Origin: Pirellula sp. SH-Sr6A
GTDB taxonomy: Bacteria; Planctomycetota; Planctomycetia; Pirellulales; Pirellulaceae
DNA: 32,000 bases
Assembly: GCF_001610875.1 (NCBI RefSeq)
Contig: NZ_CP011272.1
Span: forward strand, 662,397-694,396
Reading direction: 5' to 3'
The number at the start of each line of letters is the position of its first letter. Position 1 is the stretch's first letter. The position numbers were made by a program, and so were the translations under genes. Of this stretch, positions 8,369 to 18,242 are shown piece after piece. Below the pieces are notes generated by a model that was given only the letters and a program-made list of their open reading frames with translations, ran no database searches and was not told where the DNA came from.

Positions 8369-10579
8369 GTGTCGCTCATGCGTGGACTGCAAAAATGGTT
8401 GGCTTGTGGATTGATCGCACAAAGTGCGATGGCGGTGGGCGCGACCCACTCGCATGCCCAAGAATTCGCCGAGAATACCTCTCTTCGATTTGTCCCGCGA
8501 GACGCGGATCTCTATGTAGGCTCGTACAAGCAATCGCAACAATGGCAGGCATTCGTCAATGGCCCGGTTGCAAAGAAGTTTTTGAGCTTGCCCGTGGTGC
8601 AAGAAAACTGGAAGACGTTTCTTTCCCAATGGAATGAACGCGATGGTCAAATGGCGACCGCACGCATGGTGTTGGAGAACCCCAACGCAAAAGACGCCAT
8701 CGAATTCATGTCGAAACTCGCATCCGAGGAATCGTTCTTCTTCATCGACAAAAATCTTTCAGCCTGGCTCAAGGTAAGCGGGGAGCTCAACGATGAAATC
8801 CGTAAACTTGCCGAACAACCCGATGCACCACCAGAAGAAACAGCAAAGAAACTATTCAAGATTTGGGTGAGCCGCATCGAAAGCGTTCAAATTCCTACGA
8901 TGGTGATGGGCGCCAAGTGCGATGACGAAGATTTGGCGATGACCAAGGTGGATCAGCTGGAAGCGCTCATCCAACTGGGAACTCAATTCAACCCGGAGAC
9001 GGCCCCCTTTGGACGATTTGTCAAACGAGTCGACGACGATCGCGGTTCCCGATTGACCGTTGAACTAAGTGGCAAGCAGATTCCGTGGGACACCATCCCC
9101 ACCAATGAAGGGTTCGACGAAGAGACCAAGGCACAACTTCAAAAAGCGCTCGCTTCGAGAACGGTGGCGCTGACGATCGGAACGCTCGACAAGTACTTCA
9201 TCGTTGCCTTCTCGGAACGCAGCAAAGATCTTCTCAATCTGGGGAAGGCCGAAAGCTTGGCCAGCCATCCCGATTTGAGCCCCGTTCGCAATGCTGGCTC
9301 CAATCCCATCACTTCGATCAGTTATGTTTCCGATGCATTTGCCATGGCAAACTACGAGGCCCAGGTGAAGGATCTCTTCACCAAGAACTTCGCGGCGGTA
9401 ACGATGCAGCTCGAACGAATCCAAAGCGAATCCCCTGGGATTGCGAATATTTTGAAGGACGTTCGAAGCGATCTGGCGTGGCTCGACACGGAAATGGCGA
9501 AACTGATTCCGCCATCCAAAGGAGCGACCTCCTATTCTTTCCTTACGCCTAAGGGTTGGGAGCAAGTCACACATACACGGACCAAGAACCTCTTGCTCGA
9601 TGGAACCGCAGCATTGAGCGGGTTGAACCATGTCGGTGGCTCTCCCATCGTGATGGTCGTGACGCGTGTCCAAAAGCACCCCGAGCACTTTGAACTGGTG
9701 AAAACGATTGTGTCCAAAGGGAAAAAGTACTTGGATCAATTCGTGGAGCTCGAGCTTTTGGAGGGAGACGACCAAGCGAAGCTTCGGGAATCAAAAGAAG
9801 CCCTCGACAAGGCTTGGCCGTTGGTGGTTCGCCTCTCCAACGCTTGGGAGAACTCGTTTGCTCCATCCCTCGATGGTGAAAGCGGTTTGGTTCTCTCCTA
9901 TGGCAATCTGGCTGCGAAACAGTGGATGCAGGATATGCCACCGTCCGATGTTCCCCTTCCATTGCCCGAGATAGCCACCATCACGAAGGTTACCGATTCG
10001 GAAAAATTGAAGGAAGGTTTTCTGGAGGTCTTTGATGTCTTCGATGAGGTTGTCGCACTCGCTCGAGAAACAAATCCCGACGCGATTCCGAGCGACTACC
10101 GCGTTCCACGACCGACCGAGGTTGCCTCCACGGTAGGAGAAAAGTACGGCTATCCCATTCCCGAGGACTGCCCGGTTCCGAAGACCATGATGCCCCAAGC
10201 CTTGATCCACGACGGTTACCTCATCATCTCGTATTCCGACGTGCAGACCGAAACCCTCGCGAAATCGACTTCGTTAGCCGTTGGAAAGGGTGTGATCGAC
10301 GCTTCGAAGCCACTTGCGAATGCGTCTTACGTTCACTTTGGAAAACTCTTCGCGATGTTTCGGCCTTGGGCGCGCTACGCGTTCACCCAAACCATTCCCG
10401 ATACGGACGCGTCTCTCCTCGACGCACCAGATCCGATGCTCCAAGAGTACACACTCACTGCAAACGATCTTTTGAGTCTTTGGAGTACGGTCGAGGCGTT
10501 GGGCGAGATCTCCAGCACCACCTCGATCGGGAGCAATGGCGAAACGGTGACACGTTCGGTTTACACCCAAGCGGAGTAG
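8369..10579 (+). CDS. Large secreted hypothetical protein
   Basis: 736-aa ATG-initiated ORF with signal-like N-terminus (MRGLQKWLACGLIAQSAMAVGATHSHAQEF) and no competing ORF of similar length. Confidence 0.75.
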   Translation: MSLMRGLQKWLACGLIAQSAMAVGATHSHAQEFAENTSLRFVPRDADLYVGSYKQSQQWQAFVNGPVAKKFLSLPVVQENWKTFLSQWNERDGQMATARMVLENPNAKDAIEFMSKLASEESFFFIDKNLSAWLKVSGELNDEIRKLAEQPDAPPEETAKKLFKIWVSRIESVQIPTMVMGAKCDDEDLAMTKVDQLEALIQLGTQFNPETAPFGRFVKRVDDDRGSRLTVELSGKQIPWDTIPTNEGFDEETKAQLQKALASRTVALTIGTLDKYFIVAFSERSKDLLNLGKAESLASHPDLSPVRNAGSNPITSISYVSDAFAMANYEAQVKDLFTKNFAAVTMQLERIQSESPGIANILKDVRSDLAWLDTEMAKLIPPSKGATSYSFLTPKGWEQVTHTRTKNLLLDGTAALSGLNHVGGSPIVMVVTRVQKHPEHFELVKTIVSKGKKYLDQFVELELLEGDDQAKLRESKEALDKAWPLVVRLSNAWENSFAPSLDGESGLVLSYGNLAAKQWMQDMPPSDVPLPLPEIATITKVTDSEKLKEGFLEVFDVFDEVVALARETNPDAIPSDYRVPRPTEVASTVGEKYGYPIPEDCPVPKTMMPQALIHDGYLIISYSDVQTETLAKSTSLAVGKGVIDASKPLANASYVHFGKLFAMFRPWARYAFTQTIPDTDASLLDAPDPMLQEYTLTANDLLSLWSTVEALGEISSTTSIGSNGETVTRSVYTQAE

Positions 10580-10660
10580 TCAGCCGGAAATTCCGACTTG
10601 TTTCGATCGCGCATCCCTCACCAAGGGCCGTGATTTTGGTTTAGAATAGAGTTGTGTGGT

Positions 10661-10686
10661 GGCGAGCCTCTCGTAGGGGGCTCGCC
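10661..10686. promoter_or_regulatory. Intergenic hairpin (terminator or 5'-UTR structure)
   Basis: ggcgagcc (10661-10668) pairs perfectly with ggctcgcc (10679-10686). Inner U-G/C-G/U-G pairs could extend the stem to 11 bp around a CGTA loop. Confidence 0.55.
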
Positions 10687-10761
10687 CCTTGCTGACTGAA
10701 GATTGATTTGACCTACGCCCTCCCCCCCGCCTTCCCTGCCCCGCCTTTCAAGGTCCCTCCG

Positions 10762-13485
10762 ATGGCACGTATTGCAACAAGGCACTTGTTGTTCGTCTCG
10801 TTTTTCGTCTCCGCGCTGGGCACTTTTCCAATCCCTGGTTTGTCCCAACAGGAATCGCAAAAGCCAGTCGTCGCGACGGAAGCCCAATCGAACGATCCCC
10901 CTGCCAGTCTCGTTTTCGAAAAGCAAGTTCGGCCAATCCTCAAAGCCCATTGCTTCCTTTGCCATGGTGAAGAAGCGGAGAAGGGTGGGGAACTGGATCT
11001 GCGACTGGTTCGCCTCATGCAGCAGGGGGGAGAATCCGGGCCTGCGATCGATGTGAGTAATCCGGCAGAATCGCTGCTTCTGCAACGCATCCTCGCCGAT
11101 GAGATGCCGCCGGGCCCCAAGAAGCTGACGACCAACGAGAAGGAGTTGATACGAGAGTGGTTGCAGGGAGGGGCGAAGACTCGACGCCCAGAACCCGAGA
11201 ATCCCAAAGATGTTCGATTCACCGACGAAGAGCTAAGCCACTGGGCTTTTCAACCCATTCGTCGTCCGGAATCGATGGCCCCCGCGTCGGGCGATGAAGC
11301 TTCGGCGCAACGAATCGTGGCGCAGGGGATTGATCAATGGGTATCCCGAACAGCGGAAGCAAACGGCTTCCAACTTGCTCCTCCTGCAGACCGCCATGTG
11401 CTGCTTCGGCGATTGAGTTTCAACTTGACCGGACTCCCTCCGACCCGTGAGGAGCTACAAAGCTTTTTAGCGGACGAAAGTGACGAGGCATACGCGAAGG
11501 TGGTCGATCGCTTATTGGCATCGCCGAATTATGGCGTGCGATGGGGCAGGCACTGGCTCGATGTGGCCGGATATGCGGAAAGCGATGGTCAGATTTTGGG
11601 TGATCGAGCCAGACCGCATGCTTGGAGGTATCGCGATTATGTGGTTGACGCGTTGAATCGAGATCTCCCGTACAGTCAGTTTTTGAGGGAGCAGATCGCC
11701 GGAGATCAGATGGTGGAGGGAACGATCGATCCCAACAATGACGAGCATGCCCGATTGATGGCAGCAACGGGATTCTTGCAGATGGCTCCCGATCTTTCCG
11801 AAACCGAGAACACGATTCTCAATCGAAATCAGACCGTCGCCGACACGATTCAGACTGTGACCTCATCGGTTTTGGGCCTGACTGTGGCGTGTGCCCAATG
11901 TCACGACCATCGCTACGATCCCATTTCTATCGCTGACTATTACAAGCTGCGAGCGATTTTTGACCCGGCGTTACCGCTTCATCAATGGAAGGCACCCACG
12001 CAGCGTCTGATCGATCTCACCAACGATGCGACCAAATCCGAAAGAGCGAAGATTGAGGAGCAAGCGGTAGCATTGCAAGAAGACATTAACGCGCGTCGCA
12101 GAGCTCATTGCCAGACCATTCAAGATCGAGAAATCAACGCAGCTCCCGAGGAAGTCCGCGAGACGCTACGAACGGCCGTTCAAACAGCGGCTAAGGATCA
12201 GACTCCGGAACAAAAAGCTCTCCTGGAGTCGTACCCCAAGGTTCGAACGGTCGATTGGATTGTCGGTCAATTGGTGGAATACGATGGCCCTTCTCACCGC
12301 AAATTCCAAGAAGAGGAAAAGAAAGTCCAAGAGATCCGGGATAGCAAACCGCTCGCTCGATTGGTCATGTCTGCGCAGGACCGGGACAAGAGCGTGAAGA
12401 GTCACGTCTTTTTCCGCGGCAACCCGGAGTCGCCGCAGCAAGAAGTGGAACCCAGCGAACTGGAGGTCCTCTTGCAAAACCGACCTGCCGACGCAAGCAG
12501 AACGATATCAGGGGAGAAACGAAGGCTCGCGTACGCGGAGATGTTGACCGATGGCAATCATCCGCTTGTTGCGCGCGTGATTGTCAATCGAGTGTGGATG
12601 CACCACTTCGGTGCAGGATTGGTTCGGTCGCCGGGTGATTTCGGTTTGAATGGACAACCTCCTACGCATCCCGAATTGCTCGATTACTTAGCCTATGAGT
12701 TCATGGCCCATGGTTGGAGCCTCAAATGGTTGCACCGTCAAATCGTTCACTCCCAAACCTTTCGGCAGGCGTCAGCGCACCCGCAGGATGCACCGGGGGG
12801 TGTCGCACCCGCTCGCGACAGCTGGCACGACGACCCAGAGAATCGTTTTCTGGCTCGCATGTCCCTTCGACGATTGGATGCGGAAGCGGTTCGCGACGCC
12901 GTTCTCGCAGTCAGCGGGCAATTGAATCCGGAGCTGGGTGGGCCGAGCATTCCGGTGGCAGAAGACGACGAAGGGAAGGCCGTGATTGGATCGCGTATTC
13001 TCCGGGATGGGTTGTTCGCGGGAATCAAGGATCCAGGTGAAAACGGCAAACGTCGCAGTATCTATTTAAGCTCGCAGCGATCGATGCAATTGAGTTTGTT
13101 GCAAACGTTCGATTTTCCTGAAATGAAACCGAATTGCCAGCAAAGAACGGTTTCGACCGTGACACCGCAGGCGCTTCTATTGATGAATGACGCTTGGGTG
13201 GTCCAAGCAGCCGAGCAGATGTCCGAGCGTATTTGGTCGGAGGGGGGGGCTCCAGAGGCTCGCGCTCAAACGGCTTTTGAGCTGGCCCTAGGTGTGGCTC
13301 CCAAGCCGACGGAGTTGGCGGGATGCCTTGAGTTCGTTCTGCACCAGAGCGACTTGTTCCGAAAAGACACCGACGAGAAGTGGCAAAAGAAAATCGCTGA
13401 ACAACCGGATGCACCGGACCGTCGGGGGCTCGCCAGCCTTTGTCAGATGTTGATCGCTTCCAATCGATTCTTGTATTTGGAGTAG
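10762..13485 (+). CDS. PSCyt1/DUF1549/DUF1553 domain protein (planctomycete cytochrome c-like)
   Basis: Long ORF, open from 10708, with likely ATG at 10762. Heme motif CFLCHG and second CAQCHDH, plus typical HWLDVAGYAESDG, RVWMHHFGAGLVRSPGDFG and RMSLRRLDAEAVRDAVLAVSG segments. Confidence 0.95.
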   Translation: MARIATRHLLFVSFFVSALGTFPIPGLSQQESQKPVVATEAQSNDPPASLVFEKQVRPILKAHCFLCHGEEAEKGGELDLRLVRLMQQGGESGPAIDVSNPAESLLLQRILADEMPPGPKKLTTNEKELIREWLQGGAKTRRPEPENPKDVRFTDEELSHWAFQPIRRPESMAPASGDEASAQRIVAQGIDQWVSRTAEANGFQLAPPADRHVLLRRLSFNLTGLPPTREELQSFLADESDEAYAKVVDRLLASPNYGVRWGRHWLDVAGYAESDGQILGDRARPHAWRYRDYVVDALNRDLPYSQFLREQIAGDQMVEGTIDPNNDEHARLMAATGFLQMAPDLSETENTILNRNQTVADTIQTVTSSVLGLTVACAQCHDHRYDPISIADYYKLRAIFDPALPLHQWKAPTQRLIDLTNDATKSERAKIEEQAVALQEDINARRRAHCQTIQDREINAAPEEVRETLRTAVQTAAKDQTPEQKALLESYPKVRTVDWIVGQLVEYDGPSHRKFQEEEKKVQEIRDSKPLARLVMSAQDRDKSVKSHVFFRGNPESPQQEVEPSELEVLLQNRPADASRTISGEKRRLAYAEMLTDGNHPLVARVIVNRVWMHHFGAGLVRSPGDFGLNGQPPTHPELLDYLAYEFMAHGWSLKWLHRQIVHSQTFRQASAHPQDAPGGVAPARDSWHDDPENRFLARMSLRRLDAEAVRDAVLAVSGQLNPELGGPSIPVAEDDEGKAVIGSRILRDGLFAGIKDPGENGKRRSIYLSSQRSMQLSLLQTFDFPEMKPNCQQRTVSTVTPQALLLMNDAWVVQAAEQMSERIWSEGGAPEARAQTAFELALGVAPKPTELAGCLEFVLHQSDLFRKDTDEKWQKKIAEQPDAPDRRGLASLCQMLIASNRFLYLE

Positions 13486-13497
13486 GGGACTTTATCG

Positions 13498-15006
13498 ATG
13501 CGCAATCCAGTCAATCATACGCCCCACACCCGAATCACGAGTTCTGGCATGGGAAAACTTTGTTCACGGCGCCATTGGCTACAATCCTCAGCATACGGAT
13601 TGGGTTCGGTGGCTGCCGCCATGTTGCTCGAACAGGATGGTTTGCTCGCACAAGAGGGAGCGCTCAAGAAACCTCCGTTGGAGAAACCTGTATACGATCT
13701 ATCGCCCAAGCAGCCGCCGCGGCCCGCCAAGGCGAAAGCGATGATCTCCATGTTTATGATGGGAGGCCCCAGCCAGATCGATCTGTTCGATCCTAAGCCA
13801 GAGCTGGTCAAACGGGACGGGCAGCAATTCGAAGGGGATATTCGTTTTGATAACGCTGCGCAAGCAAGCCGTCAGATCATGGCCCCTCGATGGGAGTTCA
13901 AACCGCGTGGGGAGTGCGGCATGGAGATTTCGGAGCTCCTCCCCCACACCGCTGGCATCGCCGACGATATCACCTTGATTCGCTCCATGCATTCGGCGGT
14001 GAACAATCATTTCCCTGGGTTCTTTGCCATGAACACGGGAGGGATTGTGGGAGGACGGGCCACGTTAGGTAGCTGGTTAAGCTATGCCCTCGGAAGTGAA
14101 ACTCAGGAGCTGCCGGCTTATGTCGCATTGACGCATCCCTCTGGATTGCCCATCTGTGGCGGTGACAGCTGGACCAACGGTGGGTTGCCATCCATCTACC
14201 AAGGGACGGTGGTTCGACCGACCGAGCCTCGCATGTTCAACTTGAATCCTCCCCCCCATCTGCGAGGTGCGGCTCAGGTTGAGCAATTGCGGTTTCTAGA
14301 GGAGTTCAACCGTCAACACTTGGAACAGTACCCTGGCAATCATGATTTGGAGGCTCGGATCGCCAGCTACCAGCTCGCGGCCAAGATGCAATTGTCAGCG
14401 CGAGAAGCGTTCGACATTTCTGGGGAAACAGCCGAGACTTTGGAAATGTATGGAATAAACAACGACACGACCCGCGACTACGGAACACGTTGTTTGATCG
14501 CCCGTCGGCTGGTGGAACGAGGGGTACGTTTCGTGCAGATCTTTAATAATGGTCAATCCTGGGACCACCATTCGTCGATCGCCACCGAACTTCCCGCACG
14601 ATGTCGGGAGATCGATCAACCAGCTGCGGCGTTGGTAAAGGATTTGAAGCAGCGGGGTTTGCTCGACAGCACGTTGGTTCACTGGGGCGGAGAGATGGGC
14701 CGACTGCCGACCATCCAAGTCCCAGTCGGGGACACCGAACTCAAGAAAGTGGGCCGCGACCATAACACATACGGTTTTAGCATGTGGGTCGCCGGTGCTG
14801 GAATCAAGAGCGGATACGTGCATGGAGAGACCGACGAGTTCTCGCACTATGCGGTAAAGGACCTCGTCACCCATCACGATTGGCTCACCACCGTTCTCGA
14901 TCGATTTGGGCTCGACGCCCAGTCGCTTCATTTCGAAGTGGGAGCGCAAAAACTATCGTTGGTCGAAAACCCCAGTGCGCGAGTCATCCAAGAAATCCTG
15001 GCCTGA
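13498..15006 (+). CDS. DUF1501 domain-containing protein with twin-arginine-like signal
   Basis: 502-aa ORF 12 bp after the DUF1553 gene. N-terminal SRRHWLQ Tat-like motif, then KAKAMISMFMMGGPSQIDLFDPKP, HWGGEMGRLP and HNTYGFSMWVAGAGIKSGYVHGETDEF. Confidence 0.95.
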   Translation: MRNPVNHTPHTRITSSGMGKLCSRRHWLQSSAYGLGSVAAAMLLEQDGLLAQEGALKKPPLEKPVYDLSPKQPPRPAKAKAMISMFMMGGPSQIDLFDPKPELVKRDGQQFEGDIRFDNAAQASRQIMAPRWEFKPRGECGMEISELLPHTAGIADDITLIRSMHSAVNNHFPGFFAMNTGGIVGGRATLGSWLSYALGSETQELPAYVALTHPSGLPICGGDSWTNGGLPSIYQGTVVRPTEPRMFNLNPPPHLRGAAQVEQLRFLEEFNRQHLEQYPGNHDLEARIASYQLAAKMQLSAREAFDISGETAETLEMYGINNDTTRDYGTRCLIARRLVERGVRFVQIFNNGQSWDHHSSIATELPARCREIDQPAAALVKDLKQRGLLDSTLVHWGGEMGRLPTIQVPVGDTELKKVGRDHNTYGFSMWVAGAGIKSGYVHGETDEFSHYAVKDLVTHHDWLTTVLDRFGLDAQSLHFEVGAQKLSLVENPSARVIQEILA

Positions 15007-15149
15007 CCTCTCCTGCGAGAAATCTCAGCCCCGAAGCGCCTGGCTCCTCAGACCTTTGGGGACTTGATCGCGTGGCATACTAAATCGACCGATATTCGGG
15101 TATCCTTCGGTGTCCCCAGTTTGTAGCCACGATTGCTTGGAGAATTGAG

Positions 15150-16274
15150 TTGTCCGACGCTTCTGCCCCGCCAGTACCGACCCGTCCCGCCGCTCCGACC
15201 GGGCCGTTGCCCTCTCTGGACGCCGTCCCCATTGATTCGATTCTTCTCGTCTCCTTCGGGGGGCCGGAAGGGATGGATGATGTGATACCGTTTCTGGAAA
15301 ATGTTCTCCGCGGTAAGAATGTCCCGAAGGAACGCATGCTGGAGGTAGCGGATCACTATAGACACTTTGGTGGCATCAGCCCGATCAATCAGCAATGCCG
15401 TGATCTTTTGAAGGCGATACGCGGGGAGTGCCAAGCGCGCGGCATCGATTTGCCCATTTACTGGGGTAACCGCAATTGGCATCCCCTGCTGCCCGACACG
15501 CTTCGCGAGATGGCAAACGAGGGAAAGAAAAGGGCGATCGCCTTTTTCACATCGATGTTTAGCTGCTATAGCGGCTGCCGACAATATCGCGAAAACATCG
15601 CCGATGCTCAGACTGCGGTCGGAGAGAATGCCCCTTTGGTCGAGAAGGTGCGTATGGGATTCAACCATCCCAAGTTCATCGCCGCCCAAGCAGACTGTGT
15701 CCGTGCAGGTTTGGAACAAATCCCTGCACCCGAGCTCGCCACGACCAAATTGCTTTATTGCGCCCACAGTATTCCAATGGGAATGTCGCAATACTCTCGG
15801 TATGTGGAACAGTTGCGTGAAGCGGCTCGACTAGTTTCCGAGGCCGTGGGGCACGGAAATTGGGAGCTGGTGTTCCAAAGTCGCTCTGGGCCTCCTCAGC
15901 AACCTTGGCTCGAGCCCGATGTGTGTGACCGAATCGAGCAACTCGCCAACGAGGAAGGCCTCCAAAGCGTGGTTCTTGTACCGCTCGGGTTTATTTCCGA
16001 TCACATGGAGGTCCTCTACGATTTAGATGAAGAGGCAGCACAACTTTGCAAGGAAAAAGGGATCGGATTTGTGCGCGCCCATTCCGTGGGTATTCACCCA
16101 GAGTTCGTTTCGATGATCGTCGACTTGATCGAAGAGCGACTGGCGACTGGTACGGCGAGGCCGTTTGTTGGCACTTATGGGCCAAGTCACGATCTTTGTC
16201 CAGCGAACTGCTGTCTCTACCCACAGACAGCTCGACCTATGCCAAGTCCATCACAAGTAGTTGAAAAGCGATAG
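15150..16274 (+). CDS. hemH: Ferrochelatase
   Basis: 374-aa ORF, TTG start. Motifs: ILLVSFGGPEGMDDVIPFLENVLRG, HFGGISPINQQC, YCAHSIP and VLVPLGFISDHMEVLYDLD. Confidence 0.93.
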   Translation: MSDASAPPVPTRPAAPTGPLPSLDAVPIDSILLVSFGGPEGMDDVIPFLENVLRGKNVPKERMLEVADHYRHFGGISPINQQCRDLLKAIRGECQARGIDLPIYWGNRNWHPLLPDTLREMANEGKKRAIAFFTSMFSCYSGCRQYRENIADAQTAVGENAPLVEKVRMGFNHPKFIAAQADCVRAGLEQIPAPELATTKLLYCAHSIPMGMSQYSRYVEQLREAARLVSEAVGHGNWELVFQSRSGPPQQPWLEPDVCDRIEQLANEEGLQSVVLVPLGFISDHMEVLYDLDEEAAQLCKEKGIGFVRAHSVGIHPEFVSMIVDLIEERLATGTARPFVGTYGPSHDLCPANCCLYPQTARPMPSPSQVVEKR

Positions 16275-18239
16275 CTGATTGGCGCTCGCCAATAGTCGAA
16301 GACTGGCTTCGTACGAGACTTGCCGAGCATTCAACTGCGAAATGACCGAAACCATATCCGCTTCGATCTGGTTCGATTCGTCCGCTTTCAGAGCGACTCG
16401 AGATTCTTCTTTGATCGCTTTCAAGTTATCGATGCGTTGCTGCTCGACACCTAGAGAACCTCGACTGAGGCTAAGCCTTTCCAAGTCTTGGTCCATGAGT
16501 TGGACGGATCTCGCGATCTCGGCTAAATCTTGATGGTCGATCGCGTCCCGGAGACGAGTCAGGGAATTGAAGATTCCTCGAACTTCTTGTGGGTTAGGAT
16601 CGGAACCTGTGTAGACGAACTCCGACCCCACCAGTTGTGCGGTTGACTCCGATTGGCCACGCGGAACTAAGCCCAGCACCGAAGCAGCTTGGCTGCCTCC
16701 CGCCGAGCGGATCCGGATCGGTCCTGGGTCAGGATCCAAAGGGACGCTCGGTATGGCGGACGTCAGCACAATTCCATTTCCGGTGGAAGCTAGGGAAGCG
16801 GTGATCCGGGTCTCGATCACTTGATTGTCCACATGGTTGTTGATCGTATCGAGAACGTCCTGAATGGTCGTTGCATTGTCTAGATCAACCCCGAGTTCGG
16901 TTCCGTCATTGCGGCGAATGATCAGATCCGCACCTTGGATCGTCTCCATTCCTTGGCCGTAGTTCAGCTCGGAGATTCGGGTTTGACCGTGGAAGGTGCG
17001 CAGTCCCAGTGATTCTGCCAGATTCCCATTCAATTCCCCGATCGAAAAGTCGGTTCCGCTGATCCGAGATTTGATCTGAAGCCCTCGTCCGTCGGGCGAA
17101 ATGGAAGCGATGACGGGAGCCTCCGAGCGATGGATCAGATTGATAGCGTCTTCGATTGTTTCAGCGCCGGTGAACAAGACATCAAAATTCCTGCCACCCT
17201 GCGAAATTCGAAGCCCATCACCCCATGGCAACCCTGCGCCATCGTTCAATTGAGAAAGCTTGGTCGTCAATCGAATGGCGGGTTCGAGGGGTCGGCCGAT
17301 AATCGGTAATGTCGGAGCGGGCTCGTTCGTAACCACCCCCAAGTCGCTCGCGGTCCGTCCCGTTGCAACTTCTTGGATCCGTAGGATTCCTGGGTCTCCA
17401 TCGGCATACTGGAACGCCAACCTCCCGTTGACCAAGGTCGCCGACACTTCTCGGCCGTTCAACGAAACGTTACCGTTGACGCGATCGAGAATATCTCCGA
17501 CGAACTCGGACTTGGCGAGGTCGATCGTAACTTGATTCACGCCATCGGACAGACGGATTGCCCCCGGAGCGATGCCTTGCCCATGATTCAGATCGGCGAT
17601 GCGAGTTGTTTCCGTTGCAATGGGATTCAAATCGTTGCGTCCGATCATCGCATCGGAGAGGAGGCCTAATGCCTTTTGGCCGGTCACGTTATGTGCCAGA
17701 TAGTCACCGCTGTCGGTCAGAGTGAGCAAACTCATATCGTTTCCGTTGTACTGGATTCCTTCGCGACTATTCGTCACTGTCGGAGTCCCAACCAACCCAC
17801 CGGAAAAGAGGTAGCGGTCAATATGCTTTGCGTTGGCCAAGGATTGCAATCGCGTGATGGAAGCCTCGATCTGGTTGATCCAGCCGGTTCGTTCCTCCAC
17901 GCCTGCAACGTTCGTCGATGCTTCGACACCCAAGCCGCGAAGCTCCGTCATAAGGTCTTGGATATTCGAAAGGTTTGCTTCCGTTGCGTTGAGGTAACTT
18001 TGTGAAGAGTCGAGATTCTTGATCGTCTGATCTCGGAATTCGAGCTCACGTTGCAAACTGATGACCCGAAGTGCAGACGTTGGATCTTGGCTCGGAAGCG
18101 TGTAACGCATACCGCTGCTGAGCTGCGACTCCAAGTCCTGAAGTCCCATCTTTCCCATCTGGACCTGATAGAGAGATCGATAGCGATTGGCGGCATCGCT
18201 AGTTCGTCCAGCTACGACGGGATAAAAGGAGCTTAGCAT
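16251..18239 (-). CDS. flgL: Flagellar hook-associated protein 3 (FlgL), enlarged
   Basis: 662-aa ORF directly after flgK. Flagellin-like N-terminus (DLESQLSSGMRYTLPSQDPTSALRVISLQRELEFRDQTIKNLDSSQSYL) and C-terminus (EADMVSVISQLNARQVSYEASLRLLASANQLSLFNYL). Confidence 0.88.
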   Translation of the reverse strand: MLSSFYPVVAGRTSDAANRYRSLYQVQMGKMGLQDLESQLSSGMRYTLPSQDPTSALRVISLQRELEFRDQTIKNLDSSQSYLNATEANLSNIQDLMTELRGLGVEASTNVAGVEERTGWINQIEASITRLQSLANAKHIDRYLFSGGLVGTPTVTNSREGIQYNGNDMSLLTLTDSGDYLAHNVTGQKALGLLSDAMIGRNDLNPIATETTRIADLNHGQGIAPGAIRLSDGVNQVTIDLAKSEFVGDILDRVNGNVSLNGREVSATLVNGRLAFQYADGDPGILRIQEVATGRTASDLGVVTNEPAPTLPIIGRPLEPAIRLTTKLSQLNDGAGLPWGDGLRISQGGRNFDVLFTGAETIEDAINLIHRSEAPVIASISPDGRGLQIKSRISGTDFSIGELNGNLAESLGLRTFHGQTRISELNYGQGMETIQGADLIIRRNDGTELGVDLDNATTIQDVLDTINNHVDNQVIETRITASLASTGNGIVLTSAIPSVPLDPDPGPIRIRSAGGSQAASVLGLVPRGQSESTAQLVGSEFVYTGSDPNPQEVRGIFNSLTRLRDAIDHQDLAEIARSVQLMDQDLERLSLSRGSLGVEQQRIDNLKAIKEESRVALKADESNQIEADMVSVISQLNARQVSYEASLRLLASANQLSLFNYL

Positions 18240-18242
18240 GGT

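Noticed and set aside
10762-15006. DUF1553 plus DUF1501 gene pair as a potential novel system
   Set aside because: This adjacency is very common across Planctomycetes, in many paralogous copies, so it is not new even though the biochemical role is poorly known.
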